Virus record (IMG/VR): IMGVR_UViG_3300028414_000637
DNA length: 64,000 nt
Strand: one strand, 5' to 3'
Origin: an uncultured virus (IMG/VR IMGVR_UViG_3300028414_000637)
Taxonomy: Duplodnaviria; Heunggongvirae; Uroviricota; Caudoviricetes
Position numbers and translations under genes: made by a program. Below, in pieces: positions 50,305 to 59,310 of the stretch (position 1 is its first letter; every line of letters starts with the position of its first letter). The notes below the pieces were generated by a model. It ran no database searches, had not been told where the DNA came from, and was given only the letters and a program-made list of their open reading frames with translations.

Positions 50305-51033
50305 ATGAATTTAAAAGAAGAAATACAAAAATCAATGAGAACTGAAAGCATCGATGACAAAATTGCAGATATTGCCGATTTGGTTGGAGAGAAAGAAGAA
50401 GTAGTTCGTGACAGATTGAAGACTTTAGATTTTAAACAGTATATAGAACTTGTCAAGGCTGTTAGAAACACAGAAATGGAAACAGCAAGAGAAATTTTAG
50501 GTCTTGGAGTGAATGAAGAATTTGTAGATAATGCAAAGTACGGAATTGTACGCTACCCAGATACGGCAATTTCATATATTAAGAATGATGGCAATGGCTG
50601 GGAACACATCTACGACAAGTCATATGGGTTTAAAGGTCCTGTAGATAAAGAAGACTTGAAATATGCTAAGAAAATTGAGAAAGAAAAGATTCCATCACGT
50701 ATGTTTAAAGAACAGTATTCAGCTGGTGGAACCCAGTCTCCTGGCGAAATGAGAGCATCAAAGGCCGCATCAGCGGGCGCTACAGCACAGGCACCAACAG
50801 CGGCAGATAAAACTAAAAAAGCACAAGCGATGCAACGATTAGGAAAAGATAATTTAGGCGGAGCAACTGCACAACAGGCGGCAGATGCAGTCACGCAGGC
50901 AGGACAAGGAAAAGCACTAACGCCAATACAGCGTAAAGCAATGGCACAACAAGCATCATCGGTTGATGCTTTAGCGGCGGATCCTAGAACTGCAACACAA
51001 TTTAGAAATCTATTAAATAAACTGAACAAGTAA
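50305..51033 (+). CDS. Modular putative head-core protein
   Basis: Glu-flanked internal cassette; Ala/Gln-rich tail. Confidence 0.5.
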   Translation: MNLKEEIQKSMRTESIDDKIADIADLVGEKEEVVRDRLKTLDFKQYIELVKAVRNTEMETAREILGLGVNEEFVDNAKYGIVRYPDTAISYIKNDGNGWEHIYDKSYGFKGPVDKEDLKYAKKIEKEKIPSRMFKEQYSAGGTQSPGEMRASKAASAGATAQAPTAADKTKKAQAMQRLGKDNLGGATAQQAADAVTQAGQGKALTPIQRKAMAQQASSVDALAADPRTATQFRNLLNKLNK

Positions 51034-51048
51034 TTTTAGGGGTATTGA

Positions 51049-51243
51049 ATGAGATTAACAGAAGTTTTAGGTGGATTATACGTAATGATTAATGAGGAAG
51101 AGAGCGATTTAATTGCTAAATATTTCTCAGAAAATGAATATGTCAATGAAACACAATTATCTGAAAGAGAACAGATAATTGCAGAAAGACTGTCACACAA
51201 AGGTGTTCTTGTGCCTTCATTAAGAGGGTATAGGACTGTATAA
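51049..51243 (+). CDS. Small hypothetical protein
   Basis: MRLTEVL start; L..RE...A..L..KGVL. Confidence 0.55.
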   Translation: MRLTEVLGGLYVMINEEESDLIAKYFSENEYVNETQLSEREQIIAERLSHKGVLVPSLRGYRTV

Positions 51244-51254
51244 CGGAGGAAGTA

Positions 51255-51896
51255 ATGACTGGACCAAGTAGAGCAGATGTAGGTGCAATGGCGAATCTTC
51301 TTAAAGCTATGAATGGCGATAAGAGTGGATTAAAAGCACAAACAGAAGCACAACAATCTCAGGGTGGGAACGAGATAGTGGATGTAAGTCCCGGTATAAA
51401 AACTGCGGACATCAAAGCCATGGAAAATATTATGAGAAATTTCCAAGGTGCTACGGCAAACGTTGCAAAAAAAGTTGCAACTACAATTAATGAATCTAAA
51501 AAAACACCAAAAGGTGTACAAGTAGGTATATATGCTGTTGAAAAAACAGACGATAAGGCCTTTAATATTGTTGATAGTAGAACAAATGACACGCTGTTTG
51601 AAGATTTAAGAGCGTATGAAACAGCATATATTTTAGTACATCATTTGAATGAAGGCAGAAAGATTAACTCACAAGAGATAACAAAAGTTATTTCAACCAA
51701 TGCAGTATTCGAAAAATTCTATTATGATGCATTACAGCATAAAAATACATACAAGTTAGCAAAGAAGCGTAACGATTTTGGTAAGATGGACATAGCAGAG
51801 GCTCGATTTAGTAGAGCGAAAGCAGAAGCCTGGAATGCTAAAAAGCACGTTAATGAGTTGTATGAAGCTATTAAAACACAAAAACCACTAATTTAA
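51255..51896 (+). CDS. Hypothetical protein
   Basis: GGAGG SD; INE site. Confidence 0.6.
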   Translation: MTGPSRADVGAMANLLKAMNGDKSGLKAQTEAQQSQGGNEIVDVSPGIKTADIKAMENIMRNFQGATANVAKKVATTINESKKTPKGVQVGIYAVEKTDDKAFNIVDSRTNDTLFEDLRAYETAYILVHHLNEGRKINSQEITKVISTNAVFEKFYYDALQHKNTYKLAKKRNDFGKMDIAEARFSRAKAEAWNAKKHVNELYEAIKTQKPLI

Positions 51897-51948
51897 TTTA
51901 AAAAGATAAATACATAATATAAACATATTATGTAATGGGGCAATTACC

Positions 51949-52788
51949 ATGAGAAGTACAAACTTTTTTAAGACAGATACAATAATGATATCGTCAAAAC
52001 TAAATGAGTATCTCAAGTCAAACTTCAATTATTCAGTTGAAGGAGACTTGAAATCATTAAGCGAGGCTAAAGATAAGCTGGAATCAAAGAAACGTGAAAT
52101 GCGTTCAGACTATCAAAACCGTGAGTACGTAGAAACTATGATGATGCTAGAAACAGTTAAGTCATTGTTGAAAGCACACAAAGAGCAAACACTTGACGAA
52201 GGTGGAAAACACAAATACGTAAGTGATGCACAACGTAAGGCTGTTCACGCTAAGAAGGCCGAAGAAAACACTAAAACAAAGGAACCAAAAATGGAAAATA
52301 CAGATAAAAAATCTGCCGAGGTTTCTAATGAAAATTTAGAAGAAAGTCTTCTAGCACAGTTGAATAAACTACTAGAAGGTGACGCGGCTGAGGCTGAAAT
52401 TACAATGGCGGCACGTGGTATCGTAGACGAACTACAAGACGTTATCGAAAAATTAGGTAAAATTCAAAACGACCAATTAGGTCCACTATCTGATGAAATG
52501 GCTTATACCCATGGACCAGACCAAGCAGGAACATTTAAATCTTCTGTTGATTCAGCGATTGCTAGTTTATTAGACTCGGCACGAACAGCAAAAGATTCAG
52601 TTAATAATGCTACTCTAGTTCTTTCAGGCGAAGCGGCATCAGATGATTCAATGGCACCAGCTGACAACGAAATGGGCGGCGACATGCAAGATGATATGGA
52701 AAGCGACATTACGGCAGATATAGCCGGTGGCGACGAATCTGCATCGGGTGAAATTGATGAACCATTAGGTCGTGCGAAAAGAGACTAA
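51949..52788 (+). CDS. Putative scaffold/core-like acidic protein
   Basis: Late promoter; helical; acidic tail ending PLGRAKR. Confidence 0.5.
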   Translation: MRSTNFFKTDTIMISSKLNEYLKSNFNYSVEGDLKSLSEAKDKLESKKREMRSDYQNREYVETMMMLETVKSLLKAHKEQTLDEGGKHKYVSDAQRKAVHAKKAEENTKTKEPKMENTDKKSAEVSNENLEESLLAQLNKLLEGDAAEAEITMAARGIVDELQDVIEKLGKIQNDQLGPLSDEMAYTHGPDQAGTFKSSVDSAIASLLDSARTAKDSVNNATLVLSGEAASDDSMAPADNEMGGDMQDDMESDITADIAGGDESASGEIDEPLGRAKRD

Positions 52789-52790
52789 AC

Positions 52791-53117
52791 ATGAAAATTT
52801 CAAGTCTGTTGAACGAAGACGCAAACTACAATGCACAGATGCGTAATGATATAAATGCGTATCTTGTTAGACTAAAAGCAAATGATATTGGCACCGTAGG
52901 TACTGATATGATGGTAGATGAGTTGACAGACATGGGGTATAGTGTTACTCCAGAAAGTTTAGTAGATATATTGTCTAATAGCAAGTATGTTAGTAAAGTA
53001 ACAGTCGATACCATTGATTTAGCCGGAGCCCCATCTGGTGGAAACAATGATAAAGAAAAAGACCGCGAAACAGTTAAAAAACTTGCTGTTAAAACAGCGA
53101 ATAAGAGGATAAAATAA
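52791..53117 (+). CDS. Hypothetical protein with capsid-targeting-like start (MKISSLLNE)
   Basis: ORF track. Confidence 0.55.
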   Translation: MKISSLLNEDANYNAQMRNDINAYLVRLKANDIGTVGTDMMVDELTDMGYSVTPESLVDILSNSKYVSKVTVDTIDLAGAPSGGNNDKEKDRETVKKLAVKTANKRIK

Positions 53118-53560
53118 TGGGCTTAATTATTAAAGGCGAACACAATATTATTTCTAAAAAAGAAATGGCAAATAAGGTTGCTCAGGATTTAGAAGATAAC
53201 GCAAACAAAGGCACAGAAAAATTATCGGACTCACAAAAAGAAGTTCGTAAAGAAATTGCTAGTGCTAAAAGACACCGTGAATTTATGCAAAGAGTTGCAG
53301 ACAAGAAAGCAATATCTACTAGAGAAGAACGTAAGATTGCAGAAGCGGAAGTTATCACAACACCTGAGATTATCACAGAAGCAAGAGCAGAAAAAGAAGC
53401 TATTATGGCTAAAAAGTCTGTGTCACTTGCTGAAAGACCAGATTTTGCATCAATGACTAAGAAAGAAATAGACATGTGGGCAGAAGAAAATTTAGGTTTG
53501 TCACTAGACCGAAGAAAAACTAAAGCAGATTTAATCGCACAAATTAACGAAAATTTGTAA
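53117..53560 (+). CDS. Hypothetical protein with C-terminal Rho-N/SAP-like helix-extended-helix
   Basis: DF..MTK.E...WA....G..LD.RKTK.DLI..I. Confidence 0.55.
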   Translation: MGLIIKGEHNIISKKEMANKVAQDLEDNANKGTEKLSDSQKEVRKEIASAKRHREFMQRVADKKAISTREERKIAEAEVITTPEIITEARAEKEAIMAKKSVSLAERPDFASMTKKEIDMWAEENLGLSLDRRKTKADLIAQINENL

Positions 53561-53602
53561 GTTTCACTTGCATTCTATATGATTCTGTAGTATACTATTA
53601 GT

Positions 53603-54292
53603 ATGCTACTAGAAAAATATAACTATCAACCCTTAGAACGTGTTAATGTGGATGGATCTCGACATTATCAAACACCTACAGGAAAACCATTACCGAGTGT
53701 TACTACAGTGCTGGATGCACTTAAGGACAAAACTGCATTATATGAATGGCGCAAAAGAGTAGGCGATGAAGAAGCAAATCGCATTATGAAACTTGCAACA
53801 GGTATAGGCACACAAGTTCACTTACATATCGAAAAATTTATACTTGAAGAAGATAGACCAAATGGGTCTAATCTTATTCATCAAATGGCAAAAGAATTAT
53901 CAGACATTGTTATTGACAAAGGACTCTCAAACGTAGATGAAGTTTGGGGTACAGAAGTTCCTCTGTACTATCCCGGATTATATGCAGGTACCACTGATTG
54001 TGTTGGTGTATGGAAAGGGAAGCCTGCAATCATTGACTTTAAGACTTCTCGTAAACCAAAAAAACGTGAATGGATTGATGATTATTTTTTACAAGGTGCC
54101 GCATATTCGGCCGCACATAATGAGATACATGGAACAGATATCAAAACTATTGTTATCATGATGATTGGTTGGGATGCAGAAGCAGACAACATGGGCAATT
54201 ATCAAGAATTTGTTGTAGAAGAAAACGAATTTGACAAGTATTCGCTACAATGGGCGAACAAGGTTCAAGAGTATTTTGATAAATACATGTAG
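53603..54292 (+). CDS. PD-(D/E)XK exonuclease (Cas4/MGME1-like phage exonuclease)
   Basis: R.Y..P.G...PSVTT.L, WR.RVG, GT..H, E..L, AGT.D, IIDFKTS, Y.LQ..AY. Confidence 0.88.
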   Translation: MLLEKYNYQPLERVNVDGSRHYQTPTGKPLPSVTTVLDALKDKTALYEWRKRVGDEEANRIMKLATGIGTQVHLHIEKFILEEDRPNGSNLIHQMAKELSDIVIDKGLSNVDEVWGTEVPLYYPGLYAGTTDCVGVWKGKPAIIDFKTSRKPKKREWIDDYFLQGAAYSAAHNEIHGTDIKTIVIMMIGWDAEADNMGNYQEFVVEENEFDKYSLQWANKVQEYFDKYM

Positions 54293-54308
54293 TAATTAGG
54301 AGTTTTAG

Positions 54309-55091
54309 ATGGCTACAACTAACGTTAAAATTTTACTCAGACGTGGACTAAGAAAAGAAATTAGTGCAGATACCCTTGAAACAGGAGAAATGGGCTTTGC
54401 TTATGATACCAATCAGTTATATGTTGGTATTGATTCAGCAATCAATGAATTACAGTTTGATCCATTTACAAATGCACAAGCAGTTGTTCAGTCTTGGTTA
54501 GATAGTGCAGACAACCCAGAACCAGGTTTAACTATTGATGAAGATTTAGTTATTCGTCAGGTTTCAGATGTTGATGCGTTGATAACTGCAATGGACACAT
54601 CAGGTTCATTTAACGTACATGAATACGGACGTGCAAGACGTAACGTAGAAGTTGTAACAGAAAACTCTTTTAATCAAATGTTTGCAGACCAGCATTTACA
54701 ATCGTTAGATGCGGCAACAGGCAGGCGTTCAAGTCTATTTAACAAAGAACTAAAAACAACAGCAGGTACATTTTTAAGATATCTTAAGACAGATTGTACA
54801 TCATTCTTTATTGACTACTCATTAAAACAAACTGACGGCAATGTGACATATGTAAGAGTAGGACAAATTAAAGTAATTAATGGTGTTCCGCAAGGTATCA
54901 ACCAAGTAAAACTTAGCGATGATAACACAGAAATTTGGCAAGATGATGGAGATAACATTGCAGAACCAGATGAATTTTCAAATATTAATTTTGATGCAGT
55001 AATTGACGGCGATGATATCAAGTTTAATTATACACAAAATGCAGGATTTGAAACAGATATAAGTTTTACGGTTAAAAGATGGACAATGTAA
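54309..55091 (+). CDS. Virion protein with Mtd-N-like domain
   Basis: I..RRG......L..GE.G...DT..LY.G N-terminal motif; late promoter. Confidence 0.65.
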   Translation: MATTNVKILLRRGLRKEISADTLETGEMGFAYDTNQLYVGIDSAINELQFDPFTNAQAVVQSWLDSADNPEPGLTIDEDLVIRQVSDVDALITAMDTSGSFNVHEYGRARRNVEVVTENSFNQMFADQHLQSLDAATGRRSSLFNKELKTTAGTFLRYLKTDCTSFFIDYSLKQTDGNVTYVRVGQIKVINGVPQGINQVKLSDDNTEIWQDDGDNIAEPDEFSNINFDAVIDGDDIKFNYTQNAGFETDISFTVKRWTM

Positions 55092-55092
55092 T

Positions 55093-55533
55093 ATGCGTGA
55101 TAAAGCTACTTTGCTTTATGAGTGGCGACAGATAAGACTAGAACTTCAAAAAGACTTCTCTAAAAAGCAACTACAAGAAACTATGGATTGGTTTACAAGC
55201 CTTGATCCAGCAACACATGGCTTCAACTATGATGATATGTACACCTGGCCAGATATCTGGGAATACATCAATGAAGGTTGGTATACGCATAGTGGTAATG
55301 GTCTAGGGTGTTATTATACTGTAGATTTTGCATGTCCAGACAGAGATAACCAACTTTGGTTAGTACATGATATGTTACATGGTGATATGTACTTAGTTGC
55401 ATATTGTGATGGATATATCTTAAATAGAGCAAACGGCCAAGTATGTGAATATGAAAAGCACAAAAAAGACTTGCATATTATGGAAAAGTTTGATAAAAAG
55501 AAGATTAATTCGACTCTTAAGGATCGGAAATAA
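55093..55533 (+). CDS. Hypothetical protein
   Basis: W...R, WP..WE.I..G.Y. Confidence 0.55.
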   Translation: MRDKATLLYEWRQIRLELQKDFSKKQLQETMDWFTSLDPATHGFNYDDMYTWPDIWEYINEGWYTHSGNGLGCYYTVDFACPDRDNQLWLVHDMLHGDMYLVAYCDGYILNRANGQVCEYEKHKKDLHIMEKFDKKKINSTLKDRK

Positions 55534-55571
55534 ATACATATATAATTAACAACATAAATACGAGAAAGCAA

Positions 55572-55877
55572 ATGTTAAAAACAAAACAATATAAAGAAGG
55601 CGATATTGTCACATTAGTAATGACTGGTGGACAAGAATTGCTAGGTAAGTTTGTAAGTGAAAACGGTACAGATTTTGTCGTTAAAAAACCATTGACTTTG
55701 GTCTTTGGACAACAGATTTCGTTTCAGCCATTTACTGTAACAGGTGATAGTGAAGGCGAAGTTGTATTACGTGATGATAAAATAGTTTCTGTTTTGCAAA
55801 CAAACAAAGAAACGACCAAAGCGTATCAATCTGCAACAAGCGGATTAGTTACACCAGACTCAGGATTAATAACGTAA
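55572..55877 (+). CDS. Sm/Hfq-like-fold small protein
   Basis: GDIV.L...GG.E..G beta-strands; Y...TSGL.TP tail. Confidence 0.55.
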   Translation: MLKTKQYKEGDIVTLVMTGGQELLGKFVSENGTDFVVKKPLTLVFGQQISFQPFTVTGDSEGEVVLRDDKIVSVLQTNKETTKAYQSATSGLVTPDSGLIT

Positions 55878-56170
55878 TGCCAAGTGCCGCAAGAACAACA
55901 GATAGTACATCAGCACACTCACCCTGTGGACCAGGTACGTGCGATGCAGGTTCTGAAAATGTAATCATCAATGGATTAAATGCATTTAGAGTGAATGACA
56001 AGGATACACCACACGGTGTACCGCCTTTTTGTACACCACATGTAACTCCTCTTGTTGTAGGTTCGCATAATGTTTTTGTCAATGGGCGTCCATTGGGAAG
56101 AGTAGGCGATTCGTTTTCATGTGGCATTAAAGTTGTTTCTGGGTCAGGAAATGTTATTGTAAATAGTTAG
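55877..56170 (+). CDS. PAAR-repeat spike tip protein (gp5.4-like)
   Basis: AAR..D, GS.NV.ING..A.R..D, GS.NVFVNG.P.GRVGD. Confidence 0.92.
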   Translation: MPSAARTTDSTSAHSPCGPGTCDAGSENVIINGLNAFRVNDKDTPHGVPPFCTPHVTPLVVGSHNVFVNGRPLGRVGDSFSCGIKVVSGSGNVIVNS

Positions 56171-56179
56171 GATAATAAG

Positions 56180-57910
56180 ATGGCTAGTGAAGCAGAAATT
56201 GAAAGACTATATCAAGAATTTGTAAATAGAGGCGGAGGACAATACACGTTTTCAAACGTAAATACCACGCCTGCACAGTATTATAGTACAACATCATCTG
56301 CATCACTTACACCAGGGCAAGAAGCATTATTGATAGCAAGACAAGAACAGTTTAATAGACAGTCTGCATTATCAACTATTGCCAGTGAAGTTGCAGGTAA
56401 CAACTTTACAAATCCATATATTGGAAGAGCAGATAATAGTATCGGCATCATAAACAACTTTGCACTAAACCCAACGTTAGCAAATGTTACAGCGTTAGCA
56501 GGTGCTTTTGGGTCCTTTAGTGCTATAGAGCAAACAGCAATTTTTGCCGGCATATTAGAATTAACAGGTGTTGATGTAGGTAATGTAATTAAAGTATTGG
56601 GTATAGGGGCATTAGGCCTTGCACTATTTAATTCTTTAAAAACACATACGACAGGACAAATGAGTGATTTGCCGAAAACACTATCAGATGCTAGTGCTTT
56701 AGCTGGAATGAATTCTCAGTTTGGCGAACAAAAAGATAGTTGTTCGTTTTTTAATGAAATATTAGGAGTGCTAAGTGGTGGGTTTGATGGCACAATGGAT
56801 TTTATTGATAATGCATTTGATAAATTAGGTGGGTTTTTACAACAATCAGGCATATCAGGAATTATAGACCAAATTACTAGTGCGATAAGTGGTGCAGGAG
56901 GCATTATAGGTGATGTAATTAATGCAGTATCTGGTGTTATAAATTCAGCGACATCGGCACTCAGTGGTATATTAGGGCAGATAGGAAGTATGGTAGGAAA
57001 AGTAACAAATGCGATTGCAGATGTTACAAACCAGATTGCAATGGAAGCCCAAAAGTTATTAGGTTTAGCAAGTGAATTACTTTCAAAAGCATTGGCATTA
57101 TCAATGGCGGCGGCGGCATTAGATCCATGTCAAATGGCAGTAATACTTAATACAGGAAGTAATGAAATGAAAGGTGCAGTTAATAAACTTAATGCACCGA
57201 TGAATGCACTTTCATCTATTCCTACATCTATTGATAGTAGGGCGGATGCTGGTACTGTTATTAAAACAATGGACCAAGCAAAACAAGAAGCATCACAATC
57301 TCCTGGAGTCCCACAATCACCATTTACTGAAACTGCAAAATTACATAAACCATTAGACGCATATTTGCATAATTTATTTGCAGAAGTTACGGGTATATTC
57401 GGAGACACTTTTGATACTATTAAGAATGCAGTAGGAGGAACAGTGCTTTCAGCTACACCTAAAACTGGCTCATTGCCATCGACATCAACTAATACACCAA
57501 AGACAACACCAACAATTATATCAAGTGATGCCTGGAGGCAATGGCAAGGAGCATATTCTAATACATTGTTAGAATTAAAAAGAGATATAAAACATCTAAA
57601 GATGTTTATTAACCAAGCAGTTGCAACAAAAACTTTTTCTACAGAAGAATTAAAGCAACAAGCAATCATACTTTCTGAACAATTAGCACAGGATGAAACA
57701 TCGGTTTCAGTAGAATTAAAATCAGCTAATTCTCAGCTAGTTTATGAATCAGAAGGAAATAAATTTAGAATCGATAGCAAAGAGCAAAACAAACTAGAAC
57801 TTTTGAATTCTAAAGTCGCACCACATACAACTAGACTGATAAATCGTATCAAACGAAATTATGCCAGTGCAGTAGTGCAGTGGAACTCTATAGACCAAAA
57901 TGTTAGGTAA
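56180..57910 (+). CDS. Gly/Ala/Ser-rich putative baseplate or ejected membrane-active protein
   Basis: Follows PAAR; hydrophobic segments and ~11-residue amphipathic periodicity. Confidence 0.5.
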   Translation: MASEAEIERLYQEFVNRGGGQYTFSNVNTTPAQYYSTTSSASLTPGQEALLIARQEQFNRQSALSTIASEVAGNNFTNPYIGRADNSIGIINNFALNPTLANVTALAGAFGSFSAIEQTAIFAGILELTGVDVGNVIKVLGIGALGLALFNSLKTHTTGQMSDLPKTLSDASALAGMNSQFGEQKDSCSFFNEILGVLSGGFDGTMDFIDNAFDKLGGFLQQSGISGIIDQITSAISGAGGIIGDVINAVSGVINSATSALSGILGQIGSMVGKVTNAIADVTNQIAMEAQKLLGLASELLSKALALSMAAAALDPCQMAVILNTGSNEMKGAVNKLNAPMNALSSIPTSIDSRADAGTVIKTMDQAKQEASQSPGVPQSPFTETAKLHKPLDAYLHNLFAEVTGIFGDTFDTIKNAVGGTVLSATPKTGSLPSTSTNTPKTTPTIISSDAWRQWQGAYSNTLLELKRDIKHLKMFINQAVATKTFSTEELKQQAIILSEQLAQDETSVSVELKSANSQLVYESEGNKFRIDSKEQNKLELLNSKVAPHTTRLINRIKRNYASAVVQWNSIDQNVR

Positions 57911-57915
57911 TATTA

Positions 57916-58620
57916 ATGATAGGTATTTTTGGAGATAGTTTTGCACATGAGAATGGCGCCATAGGCTGGCCAACTATATTATCGCAACTAAGCGATGAAC
58001 CACAAGAAAACTTTGCACTATATGGAACTTCATTGTCTTATTCATATAGAAAACTTTTAGATAATATCGATAGATTACAAGAGTATTCTAAAATTATTTT
58101 TATATGTACTGAACCAGGCCGACTGCATTTAATCAATAATAGTACAAACCATGAATTACTTTACAATTCTCGTAATGCTACAGAATCTATGGCTTTAAAT
58201 AATCAATTTAAATTTTCTAAATTTAACATTTCAAATGATGAAAAAGTTAATCTGCAAGTATTACATGCGGCACATACTTTACGTGTTCATTATCCTGATA
58301 CATTTGATTTCGTTGATGATGCAGTAAAACGTGCAGTGAGTTCTTTACACGATAAAACATTGATTTTAAATACTAGGGAATTAGCTAACATCAGTAAATT
58401 AGATATGAAAGATATGATGCCAACTATAGATATATGGGAAGATTCCAGTCTAGGAAGAGTGTGTCATATGAGTCATCAACAAAATAAAGAATTAGCAAGA
58501 TACATAAAAAGATATTTTGATGATGGACTTGATGTGCATAGTACACTTATTGATGCAAAAACACACTATACAGAATCGGCAACTCTGGCTCAAGCAGGCC
58601 TTAGGATGACAGCACCATGA
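57916..58620 (+). CDS. SGNH-like hypothetical protein
   Basis: IFGDSF block I; N.A..G.S; CHMS...N. Confidence 0.5.
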   Translation: MIGIFGDSFAHENGAIGWPTILSQLSDEPQENFALYGTSLSYSYRKLLDNIDRLQEYSKIIFICTEPGRLHLINNSTNHELLYNSRNATESMALNNQFKFSKFNISNDEKVNLQVLHAAHTLRVHYPDTFDFVDDAVKRAVSSLHDKTLILNTRELANISKLDMKDMMPTIDIWEDSSLGRVCHMSHQQNKELARYIKRYFDDGLDVHSTLIDAKTHYTESATLAQAGLRMTAP

Positions 58621-59282
58621 AAAATAAAAAGTTAATCTGGATATTTGGACAAACATCAGACTTTAGTAAAGAAATTATTAGACAGCAACAAATTAGATAT
58701 AATGATGATGTTGAGATATTTGGTAGAGACAATTTTGTATTTGTTGATACTCAAGGTTGTGTAGAAAAAGTATCAAGGATGAAAGTACCAGATTATATAA
58801 TCATAAATCAAAAGTGTGATTTTTTACCAAAGGATGAACCTCCTCACTGGAATCAAGGACTTAAACATATAAACCAACATCAGGACCCATACTCATGGAA
58901 ATGGTCATACCCAGTAACAGTTATTAATACTATATCACACGTTCTTAATGAAGTGCAATCATCAAATAGACGTAGTGGTAAAAAAGATATAAATGTTATA
59001 TTCATTACAAGTTCTATCACTGTAACTGATAAGACTGCCGCATATAAATTTAAGTATAAAGATTATATTAGTATAAGACAGATGCAACAGCAACAATGGA
59101 TGGCATGTAGCAAAGAGAATATGAAAATAGCATGTATGAGTCCGTCATACTTAGATGAAACTAATATAGAAGAATATGCAGGCCGTGTAGTAAATAGTGT
59201 ACATACGACAATAATGGATAATCATATATTAGATTTAAGTAGAAATACTGATGATCCAATGCCATGGATAAAACTCTCTTAA
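58617..59282 (+). CDS. Degenerate Rossmann/SDR-like protein
   Basis: IFG.TS.F...I N-terminus; VIFITSS. Confidence 0.4.
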   Translation: MKNKKLIWIFGQTSDFSKEIIRQQQIRYNDDVEIFGRDNFVFVDTQGCVEKVSRMKVPDYIIINQKCDFLPKDEPPHWNQGLKHINQHQDPYSWKWSYPVTVINTISHVLNEVQSSNRRSGKKDINVIFITSSITVTDKTAAYKFKYKDYISIRQMQQQQWMACSKENMKIACMSPSYLDETNIEEYAGRVVNSVHTTIMDNHILDLSRNTDDPMPWIKLS

Positions 59283-59310
59283 ATGATAAATAGATATAAG
59301 GAGTTTAATT

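Noticed and set aside
53603..54292. Cas4-like nuclease as a sign of CRISPR-Cas
   Set aside because: No repeat-spacer array or other cas genes seen; stand-alone exonucleases of this type are common in T4-like phages.
54309..55091. Mtd-like protein as a diversity-generating retroelement target
   Set aside because: Only the N-terminal structural motif is present; no reverse transcriptase or TR/VR repeat pair was seen in the window.
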